From a virus (taxonomy: Duplodnaviria > Caudoviricetes): a stretch of DNA of 47,580 nt. The stretch lies in the IMG/VR virus record IMGVR_UViG_3300044252_000079, positions 1-47,580 of that record, one strand, 5' to 3'. The translations under genes were made by a program, and so were the position numbers. Positions 8,228 to 17,772 of this stretch are shown here, one piece after another (position 1 is the stretch's first letter; each line of letters starts with the position of its first letter). Under the pieces are notes generated by a model. The model worked only from the letters and a program-made list of their open reading frames with translations, had not been told where the DNA came from and did not search any database.

Positions 8228-8241
8228 GATAGTCGCGGGCG
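8228..8241 (+). promoter_or_regulatory. Late-promoter motif before the small terminase
   Basis: GATAGT-N8-ATG, with GTTCTGAAAC just upstream. Confidence 0.75.
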
Positions 8242-8727
8242 ATGGCGACGAAGAAGAAATGCTCGGCCAAGACGAAGAAGGGCAAACGGTGTCGGAACGT
8301 CGCCGTCGTTGGCGATACCTGCCTTGCCCACGCTCCCAGGAACGTCAAGGATGAGCGAGGTTTCGGCGGCCCCCAGGCGGGGTCTGGACGGCCACGATTG
8401 CCTCGTCCGCACGAGCTTCTCCGGGAGCGCATTGAGGGCGACATCGACCGCTGGCTCGCCCCTCTCGAGGCAGCGCTCGGCGAGGGCAAGCCGATCAAGA
8501 CCTGGGACGGTCACGAACACCAGATCGTCTACGTAGGCGATCCCGAGATGGGGATGAAGGCGACGAAGCTCGCCTTCTCCCTCGTCTACGGGAAGCCTAA
8601 GCAGCCGCTCGAGCTGTCAGGCGAGGGCGGCGGGGCTGTCAAGACCGAGCTCGACTTCACCGACCCCAGCGTTCAGGAGGCGCTGCATGGTCTCGTCTCT
8701 GCCGTTGCCGACGCTCGCGAGGGCTAG
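8242..8727 (+). CDS. Putative terminase small subunit
   Basis: CSAKTKKGKRC...CLAH zinc knuckle, G.SGRP motif, directly upstream of the large subunit. Confidence 0.7.
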   Translation: MATKKKCSAKTKKGKRCRNVAVVGDTCLAHAPRNVKDERGFGGPQAGSGRPRLPRPHELLRERIEGDIDRWLAPLEAALGEGKPIKTWDGHEHQIVYVGDPEMGMKATKLAFSLVYGKPKQPLELSGEGGGAVKTELDFTDPSVQEALHGLVSAVADAREG

Positions 8728-10207
8728 CCCGGCCGGCCTGGCGATCGCGGTCGACGAACGCCTCGTTGATCTCGGGGCGGTGCCCCGCTACGCCTACCCC
8801 GACCACATCCGGCTGATCGACCGCGAAATCGTCGCTGCGGTCGCGCGGGCACATGAACGCCAGCGCATCGCTGCTGCAGGCGGCGACGTCGACGACCGCC
8901 CGGAGATCCTGTTGATCGAGGTCCCGCCGCGCCACGGCAAGTCGACCGAGATCAGCGAGCACGCACCGGCCTGGTTCATCGGCACCTTCCCCGAACGCCA
9001 CGTCATCCTCTGCTCCTACGAGGCTGACTTCGCCTCCTCGTGGGGGCTGAAGGCGCGAAGCATCCTGGAGGAGCACGGGCCCGACCTCTACGGCGTCCGC
9101 GTCGACCCGCGATCTCGCTCAGCGAAGCGCTGGGGTCTCGACGGTCACCGTGGCGGGATGGTCACTGCCGGCGTCGGCGGGCCAATCACCGGCAAGGGCG
9201 CCCACCTGCTGATCATCGACGACCCGATCAAGAACGCCGAGCAGGCGATGTCCGAGGTGATCCGCGAGAAGCACTGGGAGTGGTGGCTATCGACGGCGAG
9301 GACGCGGCTGGAGCCCGGCGCCGTGGTGATCGTGCTGTTGACCCGCTGGCACGAGGACGACATCGCCGGGCGGATGCTGAAGTCGAGTGAGGACGGCGGC
9401 GATCCGGTGCGGGAGATCCGCCTTCCGGCTCTCGCCAGCGAGGACGACCCGCTCGGCCGCCGCCCGGGCGAAGCGCTCTGGCCGGCTCGCTACAGCACCG
9501 AATGGCTCGAGCACACCCGGAAGGTCCTCGGCGGCTACTGGTTCAGCGCGATGTACCAAGGCAGGCCGACCCCCGACGAGGGCGGCATCTTCGCCCGCAA
9601 GTACTTCCGCTACTTCACGATTAGCGACGGGCTGGTCCACCTGCACCGCGGTGACGGCGATGTCGAGAGCTTCGGCCTCGACTACTGCCGCAAGGTCCAG
9701 TACGTCGACTTGGCGGCCTCTGAGAAAGAGACTGCCGACTACACGGTGATGACGGAGGTGTGGGTGACGCCGAAGCGCGACCTGCTGGTGCGGAACGTGG
9801 TCCGCGATCGCATCGCCGGACCCGACCAGCCCGAATTCTTCGAGGCCCACCACGTCGGTGGCGTCGTCAAGGCCGAGCAGATCGGCTACCAGTCCACGCT
9901 GCTGCAGGAGATGCTGCGCCGCGGTTTCCCGATCGAGCCGGTCTATCCCGACAAGGACAAGGTCACCCGTGCCTCGGCCGCCGGCGCGCTTTACCGCGGC
10001 GGCAAGGTCTTCCACCTGCGTGGCGCCGAGTGGCTGGGCGACTTCGAGGCCGAGGAGCTGGCCTTTCCCGCTGGCGAGCACGACGACATGGTCGACACGA
10101 TCGCCTACGCCGCCCGCGATCTGCCGAACGTCGAGATCCGCGAGTCGAGGAAGCAGCGAGAGCGGGGGAAGACGCTCAGCGGCGGGCTGGCGAGTCGGCA
10201 GCTGTAG
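8687..10207 (+). CDS. terL: Terminase large subunit
   Basis: Walker A PPRHGKST, Walker B LLIIDDP, TRWHEDD, nuclease DLA...ADYT...HDDMVD. Confidence 0.95.
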   Translation: MVSSLPLPTLARASPAGLAIAVDERLVDLGAVPRYAYPDHIRLIDREIVAAVARAHERQRIAAAGGDVDDRPEILLIEVPPRHGKSTEISEHAPAWFIGTFPERHVILCSYEADFASSWGLKARSILEEHGPDLYGVRVDPRSRSAKRWGLDGHRGGMVTAGVGGPITGKGAHLLIIDDPIKNAEQAMSEVIREKHWEWWLSTARTRLEPGAVVIVLLTRWHEDDIAGRMLKSSEDGGDPVREIRLPALASEDDPLGRRPGEALWPARYSTEWLEHTRKVLGGYWFSAMYQGRPTPDEGGIFARKYFRYFTISDGLVHLHRGDGDVESFGLDYCRKVQYVDLAASEKETADYTVMTEVWVTPKRDLLVRNVVRDRIAGPDQPEFFEAHHVGGVVKAEQIGYQSTLLQEMLRRGFPIEPVYPDKDKVTRASAAGALYRGGKVFHLRGAEWLGDFEAEELAFPAGEHDDMVDTIAYAARDLPNVEIRESRKQRERGKTLSGGLASRQL

Positions 10208-10506
10208 TCAAGTTTCGGACGGATTTCTTTACTAGCTCCCCGCCGGGTGACTCTTATTGACGCGTGGTTGAATGGCTGACGAGGGTTCTCTCGACCCGCC
10301 ACCCCGCCTTCCAGTAGACCTTCGCGACCTCCCAGTCACGGATTGGCCATCGAATGCCACCCGCTTCGCGTTGCACGATCCAAATGTGCTGGTGGTCGGG
10401 CATGCGGCTCTCCTCTCCTAGAGGCGCCGCCCTCACTAGAAACGATGGTGTCTTGGCAGCGCCAAGTCAAGCAGGAGTCGTCCGACACGCGACTAATCTT
10501 TAGTAA

Positions 10507-10740
10507 GTGGCTCAGGGCAAGGACATCCCTGTTGTTCCGATCGCCTCGGCCGACGTCCAGGTTTCGATGCTGACGGCTCTACTCGAGCGTGCCCGCACCG
10601 ACTGCGAGGGCATGGTGATGGTGCAACGCGATCACCTCGTCGACTCGCTCCGCCGCATCCAGGCCGACCACCGTCGCGAGTTGGCCGAGCTGCCCCAGGT
10701 CGCTGAACGGCTGATGGCCTGCTTCGGGGTGACGGCGTGA
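10507..10740 (+). CDS. Hypothetical moron protein
   Basis: Leaderless TAATCT-N7-GTG start; coupled to the next ORF. Confidence 0.55.
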   Translation: MAQGKDIPVVPIASADVQVSMLTALLERARTDCEGMVMVQRDHLVDSLRRIQADHRRELAELPQVAERLMACFGVTA

Positions 10741-10970
10741 TCAAGCTGCTCCGCAAGCTCATCCGCGCACAGGACAATGTCGCCTTGGCGGAAGCCCGCG
10801 TCTCGGCGGCGGACGCGCGGCTTCAATTGCTGGGTTCCGTCCACGGCGCCGTGCAGACGATCCGCGGCATGTGCAGCGACCAGCTGGACCATGAGGAGAT
10901 CGACGCAAAGCTCGGCGAGCTCGATGACCTCGTCTACAAGGTCGCCCAGACCTTGAGACATCCACTCTGA
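10737..10970 (+). CDS. Hypothetical coiled-coil protein
   Basis: GTGA overlap; host-like codon bias. Confidence 0.55.
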   Translation: MIKLLRKLIRAQDNVALAEARVSAADARLQLLGSVHGAVQTIRGMCSDQLDHEEIDAKLGELDDLVYKVAQTLRHPL

Positions 10971-11284
10971 CCACGATCAGCTGCAGCTGCACCTGCACCA
11001 CCACCGCCTCCGGCAAGCCTTGCGGCTGGCCCCGCCAGGACAAGCCTGACGCCTGCAAGCACCTCGCTACCTGCCCGGTGCGCGAGGCGGCTAACCGGCG
11101 CCCGCCGGAGGGCTGCTGCCGGCGGCTGCAGATGTTCCCGGCACCCTGAGCTGTTGACGGCGGCAGCCTCGTAGGCGCGCCGCCGATAGCTACCTGCCTT
11201 CCAGTCGCTCGCGACCAGAAGGGCGCGGGAGAACCCGCACATCGGTGGCGCATTAGCTGCGACTTCTGAAATTCCATCGCGCCC

Positions 11285-11298
11285 GATAGTCGGCGGCG
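11285..11298 (+). promoter_or_regulatory. Late-promoter motif before portal
   Basis: CCGATAGT-N8-ATG, with TTCTGAA upstream. Confidence 0.75.
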
Positions 11299-14223
11299 AT
11301 GGGCTTCCTCGACCGATTCCGCCGCCTCGACGACGGCGAGCCACCCCGCAAACCCCGCGGCGGATCTGGCCGCGCGCACTTCGGCGGCTTTCTCGAAATC
11401 GAAGAGGAGAACTTCGAGCTGCGCTTCCCCCACGGGCTACGCATGTTCGACCGCATGTATCGCACCGACCCGGACGTGCGGAAAGTGGTCCGAATGGTGA
11501 TCAACCCGCTGGTCGGCGGGACCTGGAGCGTTGAGCCCTTCGGCGGCGACGAGGCAGAGGAGAAGGACATCGAGGTCGCCGAGCAGACCCGCTGGGCGCT
11601 CTTCGAGCACATGACGCCGGACCTGCTGGGCCACCTCGCCGAAGCGCTGCCGGTGCTGGTGCGCTCTGGCTTCGCTCCCTTCGAGGAGGCATGGGAGCAC
11701 GTCTACCACGACGGCCGCGACCTGATCGTCCCCAAGAAACTGCACCTGCGGCTGCCGCGATCGATTCAGCGCTTCGAGGAAGACGATGAGGGCGAGCTCG
11801 TCGAACTCATTCAGCAACTGCCGCTCGGCGGCAACGTTCCCCTGCCGATGCGCGACCTCGTCTACTACCGGATTGGTGCCGAGGGGGACAACTGGGAGGG
11901 CAGCTCGATGCTGCGCCCGGCCTACAAGCCCTGGTTCCTCAAGGACAAGCTCGAACGCATCGACGTGATGAAGAACGAGCGCCTCGCGATGGGTGTGCCG
12001 GTCTGCTATCCGCCTGACGGCGCCAGTGTCGAGCAGCTGAAAGAGATGGAAGAGATCCTCGGCGGGATCCGCGCCGCTGAGCAGGGCTTCATCATCGCGC
12101 CGGGTCCGCACGCGCAGGACCTCAAAGAGCTTGCCGCCTCGAAAGGGTGGCGGATCGAAATACTCGGTATCGGCTCCGGCGAAGCGACGGTCGATGTCCG
12201 GCCGTCGCTCGAGTACCAGACCGACAAGGTCAACGCCGGGTTCATCGCCGACTTCATGCGCCTCGGGCAAGGCCAAGGCGCGGCCGGCGCCCGGGCAACT
12301 GCGGACTCGCAGGAAAACCCCTTCCTCGCCGCCTGTGAGGCACTCGCCGGCGAAGTGGAAACGCCGCTGCAGCAGCTGATCGACCGTTTCGTCTCACTGA
12401 ACTTCGACGTTGAGCGGTCGCCGAGGCTGAAGATGTCGTTGGTCGACTCCACCTCCCTGAACGAGCTGGCCGAATTCGTCGGGAAGCTGATCGAAAAGGA
12501 AGCCATGCACCCCGACGACGAGCTGGAGGACTTCCTGCGCAAGCGCGGAGATCTTCCCCCCGCCGACGCCGAGGCGCGCGACGCGCGCAAGCAGCAAGCT
12601 GAAGAGGCGCGCGAGCTGCAGAAGAAGGCGGCTGAAGCACCCCCGAAGCCGGTGCCAGAGCCGGGTAGCGGCGCGGATCCCCGGCCCAAGCCGCGGCCAG
12701 CGCCGCCTGCCGCGGTCCCGGAGCCCAAACCCGACCCGCCGAAGCCGGCGAAGGCCGCCGACCACGACCCCGCCGAGCGCATAGAGGGCGAGGACCGCCG
12801 CGAAGCTCGCTGGTGGGAGGACCTGATGTCGCTCGACGAGATCGAGACGGCGATCGACAACGCGCGCTCGCGCTTCGAGTCTGCAGCCGGTCCCGAGGCT
12901 CGCCGTATTGCCGGCGAGATGACCGACGCTGCCCTGGCCGGCAAGGTCGTCACTCCGAAGGCCGACGAGGACCTGCAGAAGGCCATCTACGCTGAGCTCG
13001 CCCGGCTCTATCGCACCGGGCGCTCGACGGTGGTCGATGAGCTGAACGCCCAGCGTCCTAGCGCCGGTGACCCCGCCGCTAGCGACGAGGAGTCCGAGGC
13101 GCGCAAACGCCTGATGGCCAGAGCCAAGCTGGCGGCGCAGTCGATCGGAAGCCGGATCTGGCAGAAGATCTCCCATCAGGTGCTGATGCGGCCCGGTGAC
13201 CGGGCGGCGGCGCAGAAGGCCGGTGAGGCGGAGGCGGCGGCGGGGCTACGCGCCGAGGCGCAGCTGCACGCCGCCAGTGCGCTGAACGAAGGTCGCCAAG
13301 ACCAAGCATCCATTCAGAGCGAGGAGATCGCCGGCGCCCGTTACACCTCCATCCTCGACCGCACTCGCTGCGAGCAGTGCGCGCTCGCCGACGACGACGT
13401 GTTGCGCAAGCTCGCCGACCCAGTCCGGCTGGAGCACAAACCGCCGAACCAGGATTGCTACGGCGGCGGCCGCTGCCGCTGCATGGAGTTCTACGAGCTG
13501 AAGGACGAGGCGCCCGGCTACGGCGGCGGGCCAGCGCCTCCCGAGCCGCCGCTGGCACCGCCGGACGGCCCCGGTGGGCTGGCGGCGGATCTCTTCGACG
13601 TCGATGGCGGGACGCCGCAGATGCAGGCCTTGATCAAAGACCAGCTGGCGGCGATCGACCAGGTGCACCGGATGCCGAAGTCGATGCCGAAGGTGCCGAT
13701 CAAGATCCGGCCGACGCTGGACGGCGGGAAAGGGAAGCGGATGGGTCAGTGGGGCGCCGGAATCGACATGGAAGGCGGCTTCCACGACGAGCAGATCAAG
13801 CTCAGCGGTCAGGCCCTGCGCCTCAGTCCGCCGCAGACTTCGGCCGTCCACGAGATCGCCCACTCCCTCGACGGCCACGGCTTCGGCGATGGGACGCCTG
13901 TGGAGGCGATCCTCCGAGGCGGCTTCGCGACGATGTTCTCCTCGACGCCGGCGATGGTCGAGTGGCGGGAGGCGGTGACGAACACCGCTGCGTACCGGAA
14001 CCTCGTCGTCAACGGCGACGGATACCGCGAGACGATCACCGAGCTGCTCGCCCGCAGCTACGAGCAGTACATCGCACTGCGCTCAGGCAACGAGGCGCTG
14101 AAGGCGCGAATCGCGGCGCGGCTCAAGCAGGACCCGGACGTCTACTGGGCCGACGCTGACTTCGAGCCGGTGGCGGAGGCCTTCGACCGCTTTCTAGCGA
14201 CGCGCGGCCTGCGCAGTTCATAG
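11299..14223 (+). CDS. Portal protein (Mu gp29/DUF935-like) fused to a MuF-like head domain and a C-terminal zincin-like domain
   Basis: Position after terL; N.EG.S.LRPAYKPW portal motif; Pro-rich linker; YTSILD.TRCEQC...RCRC MuF motif; HEIAH plus ELLARSYEQYI. Confidence 0.8.
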   Translation: MGFLDRFRRLDDGEPPRKPRGGSGRAHFGGFLEIEEENFELRFPHGLRMFDRMYRTDPDVRKVVRMVINPLVGGTWSVEPFGGDEAEEKDIEVAEQTRWALFEHMTPDLLGHLAEALPVLVRSGFAPFEEAWEHVYHDGRDLIVPKKLHLRLPRSIQRFEEDDEGELVELIQQLPLGGNVPLPMRDLVYYRIGAEGDNWEGSSMLRPAYKPWFLKDKLERIDVMKNERLAMGVPVCYPPDGASVEQLKEMEEILGGIRAAEQGFIIAPGPHAQDLKELAASKGWRIEILGIGSGEATVDVRPSLEYQTDKVNAGFIADFMRLGQGQGAAGARATADSQENPFLAACEALAGEVETPLQQLIDRFVSLNFDVERSPRLKMSLVDSTSLNELAEFVGKLIEKEAMHPDDELEDFLRKRGDLPPADAEARDARKQQAEEARELQKKAAEAPPKPVPEPGSGADPRPKPRPAPPAAVPEPKPDPPKPAKAADHDPAERIEGEDRREARWWEDLMSLDEIETAIDNARSRFESAAGPEARRIAGEMTDAALAGKVVTPKADEDLQKAIYAELARLYRTGRSTVVDELNAQRPSAGDPAASDEESEARKRLMARAKLAAQSIGSRIWQKISHQVLMRPGDRAAAQKAGEAEAAAGLRAEAQLHAASALNEGRQDQASIQSEEIAGARYTSILDRTRCEQCALADDDVLRKLADPVRLEHKPPNQDCYGGGRCRCMEFYELKDEAPGYGGGPAPPEPPLAPPDGPGGLAADLFDVDGGTPQMQALIKDQLAAIDQVHRMPKSMPKVPIKIRPTLDGGKGKRMGQWGAGIDMEGGFHDEQIKLSGQALRLSPPQTSAVHEIAHSLDGHGFGDGTPVEAILRGGFATMFSSTPAMVEWREAVTNTAAYRNLVVNGDGYRETITELLARSYEQYIALRSGNEALKARIAARLKQDPDVYWADADFEPVAEAFDRFLATRGLRSS

Positions 14224-14225
14224 CG

Positions 14226-14573
14226 ATGCGGGGCTGGCAGGTCGTCCGGGTCGGCAAGCGGAAGCTGCGCTCCGACGACCATCGCGCCGAGGTCGTCGTC
14301 GTTCTTCGCTCGGACATGGCCGCCGGCGTCCTGCGGGCAGGTGACCGAATGCGGACTGTGTCGAGGGATGCCAATCGCGGCTCACCTTTGACCCCGCGAC
14401 AGCTGCAGGTGCTGCAGCTGCTCGCCGCCGGGAAGACCTATGCCGAGATCGCGCTCGCCGGCGGGGTGACCGTCTCCACGGTGCGGACGCACATCCACCT
14501 CGCCTACCGGCGGCTGGGAGTCGTCGATCGAGCGCAGGCGGTGCTGAAGGCGGTGGAGGAAGGTTGGATGTAG
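14226..14573 (+). CDS. LuxR-type HTH regulator
   Basis: LTPRQLQVLQLLAAGKTYAEIA...TVRTH...LGV.DRAQAV; true start uncertain. Confidence 0.8.
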   Translation: MRGWQVVRVGKRKLRSDDHRAEVVVVLRSDMAAGVLRAGDRMRTVSRDANRGSPLTPRQLQVLQLLAAGKTYAEIALAGGVTVSTVRTHIHLAYRRLGVVDRAQAVLKAVEEGWM

Positions 14574-14782
14574 AGCAGCGCCTGCGCGGTGAGCCGAGTG
14601 TGACGACGGTCGCGCAGAGGGCAGCGATTCGCTGGCGTGTGCGGACGGGGCGCTACCGCGTGGACCCGGCGCGGGTGGCAGCGGCGATGGTGCCGGTCGT
14701 CTACTCGACGCCGTCGCTCGACACGTCCATCAGGACGGTCTCGACGCGATCGACATCGACGTCGTCGGCGCCCACGATGTGA
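14564..14782 (+). CDS. FlgM-like anti-sigma28 peptide
   Basis: AAIRWRVRTGRYRVDPARVAAAM resembles the FlgM C-terminal consensus (LK.AI..G.Y.VD...IA.AL); start may be GTG 14600. Confidence 0.5.
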   Translation: MDVEQRLRGEPSVTTVAQRAAIRWRVRTGRYRVDPARVAAAMVPVVYSTPSLDTSIRTVSTRSTSTSSAPTM

Positions 14783-14904
14783 ACTTGATCGCCCTCGGTG
14801 CCGCCGAAGGTGCCGGCGATTTCGGTGCCGTCGTCGAGTCGGACGCGGACCTTGGCCCCCTCCGACATCGAGGCGAGGCGGTTGCGGATCTCGGTGGTCT
14901 CCAT
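14701..14904 (-). CDS. Small beta-barrel-like (Sm/SH3-like) hypothetical moron protein
   Basis: Leaderless TAGGCT-N6-ATG on the minus strand; KVRVRLDDGTEIAGTF motif. Confidence 0.6.
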   Translation of the reverse strand: METTEIRNRLASMSEGAKVRVRLDDGTEIAGTFGGTEGDQVHIVGADDVDVDRVETVLMDVSSDGVE

Positions 14905-14934
14905 GGGCACAGCCTAGCCGGATAGTCGCGGGCG

Positions 14935-15630
14935 ATGGCCCGGATCGACATCGACCGCATCCGTTCTCTCGTCGCCGGCGACGCGTCCGATAGTCGCGGC
15001 TGCATGGAGGAGATCGCGAAACTATTGGGCCTCGACACGGAGGCCACCGAGGAGCAAATCCTCGAGGCGCTGAAGGGTCGGCTGGATGCCAAGTCCATCG
15101 CCAAGGCCCTCGACCTCAAGGACGACGCCACCGAGCAGGAGATCCTCGACGCGATCAAGGCCAAGGGCGAGACCGAGGACGAGGAGACCTCCCTTGAGGA
15201 TCGCGCCAAAGCCGAGGGCAAGGTCGTCGTCAAGGAGGACACCCTCCGCGACCTGACCGCCAAGGCCGATCGCGGCGTCGAGGCCGCCGACAAGCTTCAC
15301 CAGCGCGAGTTCGATGACGCCTTCGAGAAGGCGCTGACGGACCCGAAGGGTGCCCGCGTCGACGCCAAAGACGAGACGCGCGAGAAGTACCAAAAGCTCT
15401 ACGACAAGGCGCCGGAGGAGACGATCGAGATCCTCGACAGCCTCCCGCCTCTGGTCAACGGCAAGCCGAACGGCTCCGGCGGTGACGCCCCCGGCAGCGG
15501 CGACCTTCCCGACAACGTCGATGAGGACCGTGCCGCGCTCAACAGGAAGGTCGAAGCCCGGATGCGCGCCGACAAGGTCGAGTACGGCGAGGCGCTCGAG
15601 CTGGTCCTGGCCGACGAGGACGCGGCCTGA
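14935..15630 (+). CDS. Mu-like scaffolding protein (second in-frame start at 15004)
   Basis: Duplicated LGLD.EATE.QIL.AL motif; acidic coiled coil; Y.EAL C-terminus; position before the capsid genes. Confidence 0.7.
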   Translation: MARIDIDRIRSLVAGDASDSRGCMEEIAKLLGLDTEATEEQILEALKGRLDAKSIAKALDLKDDATEQEILDAIKAKGETEDEETSLEDRAKAEGKVVVKEDTLRDLTAKADRGVEAADKLHQREFDDAFEKALTDPKGARVDAKDETREKYQKLYDKAPEETIEILDSLPPLVNGKPNGSGGDAPGSGDLPDNVDEDRAALNRKVEARMRADKVEYGEALELVLADEDAA

Positions 15631-16037
15631 TGCCCGGCACGCTCGACCGATACAAAGGCTTCCCGGCGATTGCCGGATCTGCACTGCGGCCCGGCGAGGT
15701 CGTCAAGTTCGGCGGCGGCGTCGAGCGTGGCGTCATCCCGGTAGTCGCGACCAGCTCCGAGTTCGCCGCTGGCGTCCTCGACACCCGCGTCGGCTCAGCC
15801 GCCCAGGGTGAAGCGGTCACCGTCTACGAGCAGGGTGCGGTCGTCGAGGCCCTCGCGGTTGCGTCGATGGGGCAGGGTGCCGAGGTTGCCGTCGCCTCCG
15901 CCAACGGTGGGTTCGCCCCCGTGGCCAGCGCCTCTGGCGTCACCCGCAACTCGGTCGGCGTCTCGCAGACCCCTGCCGCTCCCGGCGAGTACTTCTCCCT
16001 GTACATCCGGCCTCGTGCCCTGAGCGGAGGCGCGTAG
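15630..16037 (+). CDS. Capsid decoration/cement protein (DUF2190-like)
   Basis: Small Gly/Ala/Val-rich protein between scaffold and major capsid. Confidence 0.7.
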   Translation: MPGTLDRYKGFPAIAGSALRPGEVVKFGGGVERGVIPVVATSSEFAAGVLDTRVGSAAQGEAVTVYEQGAVVEALAVASMGQGAEVAVASANGGFAPVASASGVTRNSVGVSQTPAAPGEYFSLYIRPRALSGGA

Positions 16038-16041
16038 ACCC

Positions 16042-17046
16042 ATGGCCGACCAGCTTCGTGATCCCAATGGCCTGCAGGTCATCGATCCCATCCTCACCAA
16101 CATCGCGCTGCGCTACCTGCCGCAGGGCTTCATCTACGACGAGATCGTCGCCCACATGCCGGTGTCGAAAAACGCCGGGCAGTACCCGGTCTGGAGCCGC
16201 GAGGACCTGCTGCGCGACGACGTCGAGAGCAAGGTCGACCAGCGAGCCGAGACCCCCGAGATCGACGCCAGCTACAGCATGGCCAACTACCTGCTGCAGA
16301 GCTACCGCCTGAAGGTCTCGATCACGCCGGAAGAGCGCCAGCAGGCAGCCACCGAGCTGAAAGTCGAGGAGACCAAGCTCAAACTGCTCCTCGCCCGCAT
16401 GGCCCTTCGTAAGGAGCGTCGCCTCGCCGGCGCCCTGCGCAAGACCACCAATGGCGGGCAGCTCACCCTCGGCGGCGGGGTGACCAAAAAGTGGGGCGAA
16501 AAAGAAGCCACGATCGAGCTCGACATCAAGGCTGCTCGCAAGGCGGTCTACGACTTCACCGGCCAGCACGCCGACACGATGGTCATCAACTGGGACGTCG
16601 CCTACGCGATGGCGCTTGACCCGGCGATCCGCGAAATCGTCAAGTACACGATCGACGCCAACCTGATCCTTTCCAAAGGCGAGGCTCTCTTGCCGAAGGT
16701 GCTGCATGGCCTCAACGTCGTCATCGCCGACGGGACCAAGTTCAACTCCGCCCGCAAAGGCGGAGCTGAGACCCTCACCAACGTCTGGGACGACAACGTC
16801 ATCCTGCTCAAGCGGGGCACCGACGGCGAGTGGGGCGAGCCCGCCACCGTCTACAGCCTCGAGGGCCAGGTCGCGGCGACCAACGAGGGACGGACCAATC
16901 GGTCCCAGTCGGCCGGCGGCGGTGCCGTCGTAGTCGACAAGTGGGCCACGGCCGACCCGCCCGTCGACTACGTCCGGGCTTGGGAAAAGAAGCAGGAGAA
17001 GGTCGTCGCCGCCGACGTCGGCTACGAGATCGCGGACGTGCTCTGA
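16042..17046 (+). CDS. Major capsid protein
   Basis: IDPILTNIALRY N-terminus, size and synteny. Confidence 0.85.
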   Translation: MADQLRDPNGLQVIDPILTNIALRYLPQGFIYDEIVAHMPVSKNAGQYPVWSREDLLRDDVESKVDQRAETPEIDASYSMANYLLQSYRLKVSITPEERQQAATELKVEETKLKLLLARMALRKERRLAGALRKTTNGGQLTLGGGVTKKWGEKEATIELDIKAARKAVYDFTGQHADTMVINWDVAYAMALDPAIREIVKYTIDANLILSKGEALLPKVLHGLNVVIADGTKFNSARKGGAETLTNVWDDNVILLKRGTDGEWGEPATVYSLEGQVAATNEGRTNRSQSAGGGAVVVDKWATADPPVDYVRAWEKKQEKVVAADVGYEIADVL

Positions 17047-17468
17047 TGAGCCGCAAGACCACCTACTTCGCGACCGAGGAGCTGCTCTACCAAGGCCGCG
17101 CGTACCGCCGCGGCGAGGAGATTTCGATCGAGGGCGATGAGCTCCGCGATCAACTCGCCGACGAGGACCGCATCTCCACCACCAAGCCTTCACCGGAGCC
17201 GCTTCCGGGCCCGACGTCGGACGCTGCGGCGCCGGCGGTCACCCTGGCCGACTTCTCCGACGAGGAGCTGCTCGCGGAGGTCGCCGAGCGCGGCCTCGTC
17301 ACCGAGGAGAGCAAGGTCGCCTACGCCGAGCTCAGCATCGAGGACCTGCAGAAGCTCGCCAAGGAGCGCGACCTGGAGGTCAAGCGCGGCGACGGCAAAA
17401 AAGGCAACCCGCTGCAGGCCGACTACGTCGCTGCTCTCGAAGCGGCCGACGCCGCCGACAACGCCTGA
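17046..17468 (+). CDS. Head-associated protein with a Rho-N/SAP-like C-terminal motif
   Basis: YAELSIEDLQKLAKERDLEV...ADYVAAL; TGATG coupling. Confidence 0.6.
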   Translation: MSRKTTYFATEELLYQGRAYRRGEEISIEGDELRDQLADEDRISTTKPSPEPLPGPTSDAAAPAVTLADFSDEELLAEVAERGLVTEESKVAYAELSIEDLQKLAKERDLEVKRGDGKKGNPLQADYVAALEAADAADNA

Positions 17469-17503
17469 TCTTCCCTGGCGCCCGCCCGCGGCGTTCCCAC
17501 ATC

Positions 17504-17545
17504 GAGGCCCGTTCCCGTTCTGTCGGGGCGGGCTTCGTCCGTTTC
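17504..17545 (+). terminator. Putative terminator hairpin after the capsid operon
   Basis: GAGGCCCGTTCC...GGGGCGGGCTTC stem followed by GTCCGTTTC. Confidence 0.5.
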
Positions 17546-17571
17546 TGAAACGCGTCCGATAGTCGGGCGCG

Positions 17572-17772
17572 ATGGAGAGTTCTGAAACTCCGGTATCGCC
17601 CCTGAAGGCAGCCCGAGAGGCCCGCGGTGAGCGTCTCGCCGACGTCGCCGGCCGGGCCGGGATGTCGATCAGCTACCTCTCCATGATCGAGAACGGGCTG
17701 CGCTGCCCAATTTCGCGACAGGCGGCGCTGGCCGCGGCCCTCGAGCGACCCGCAACGGAGCTCTTCGCGTGA
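17572..17772 (+). CDS. XRE-family HTH protein
   Basis: LADVAGRAGMSISYLSMIENG; preceded by GATAGT-N8-ATG. Confidence 0.8.
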   Translation: MESSETPVSPLKAAREARGERLADVAGRAGMSISYLSMIENGLRCPISRQAALAAALERPATELFA

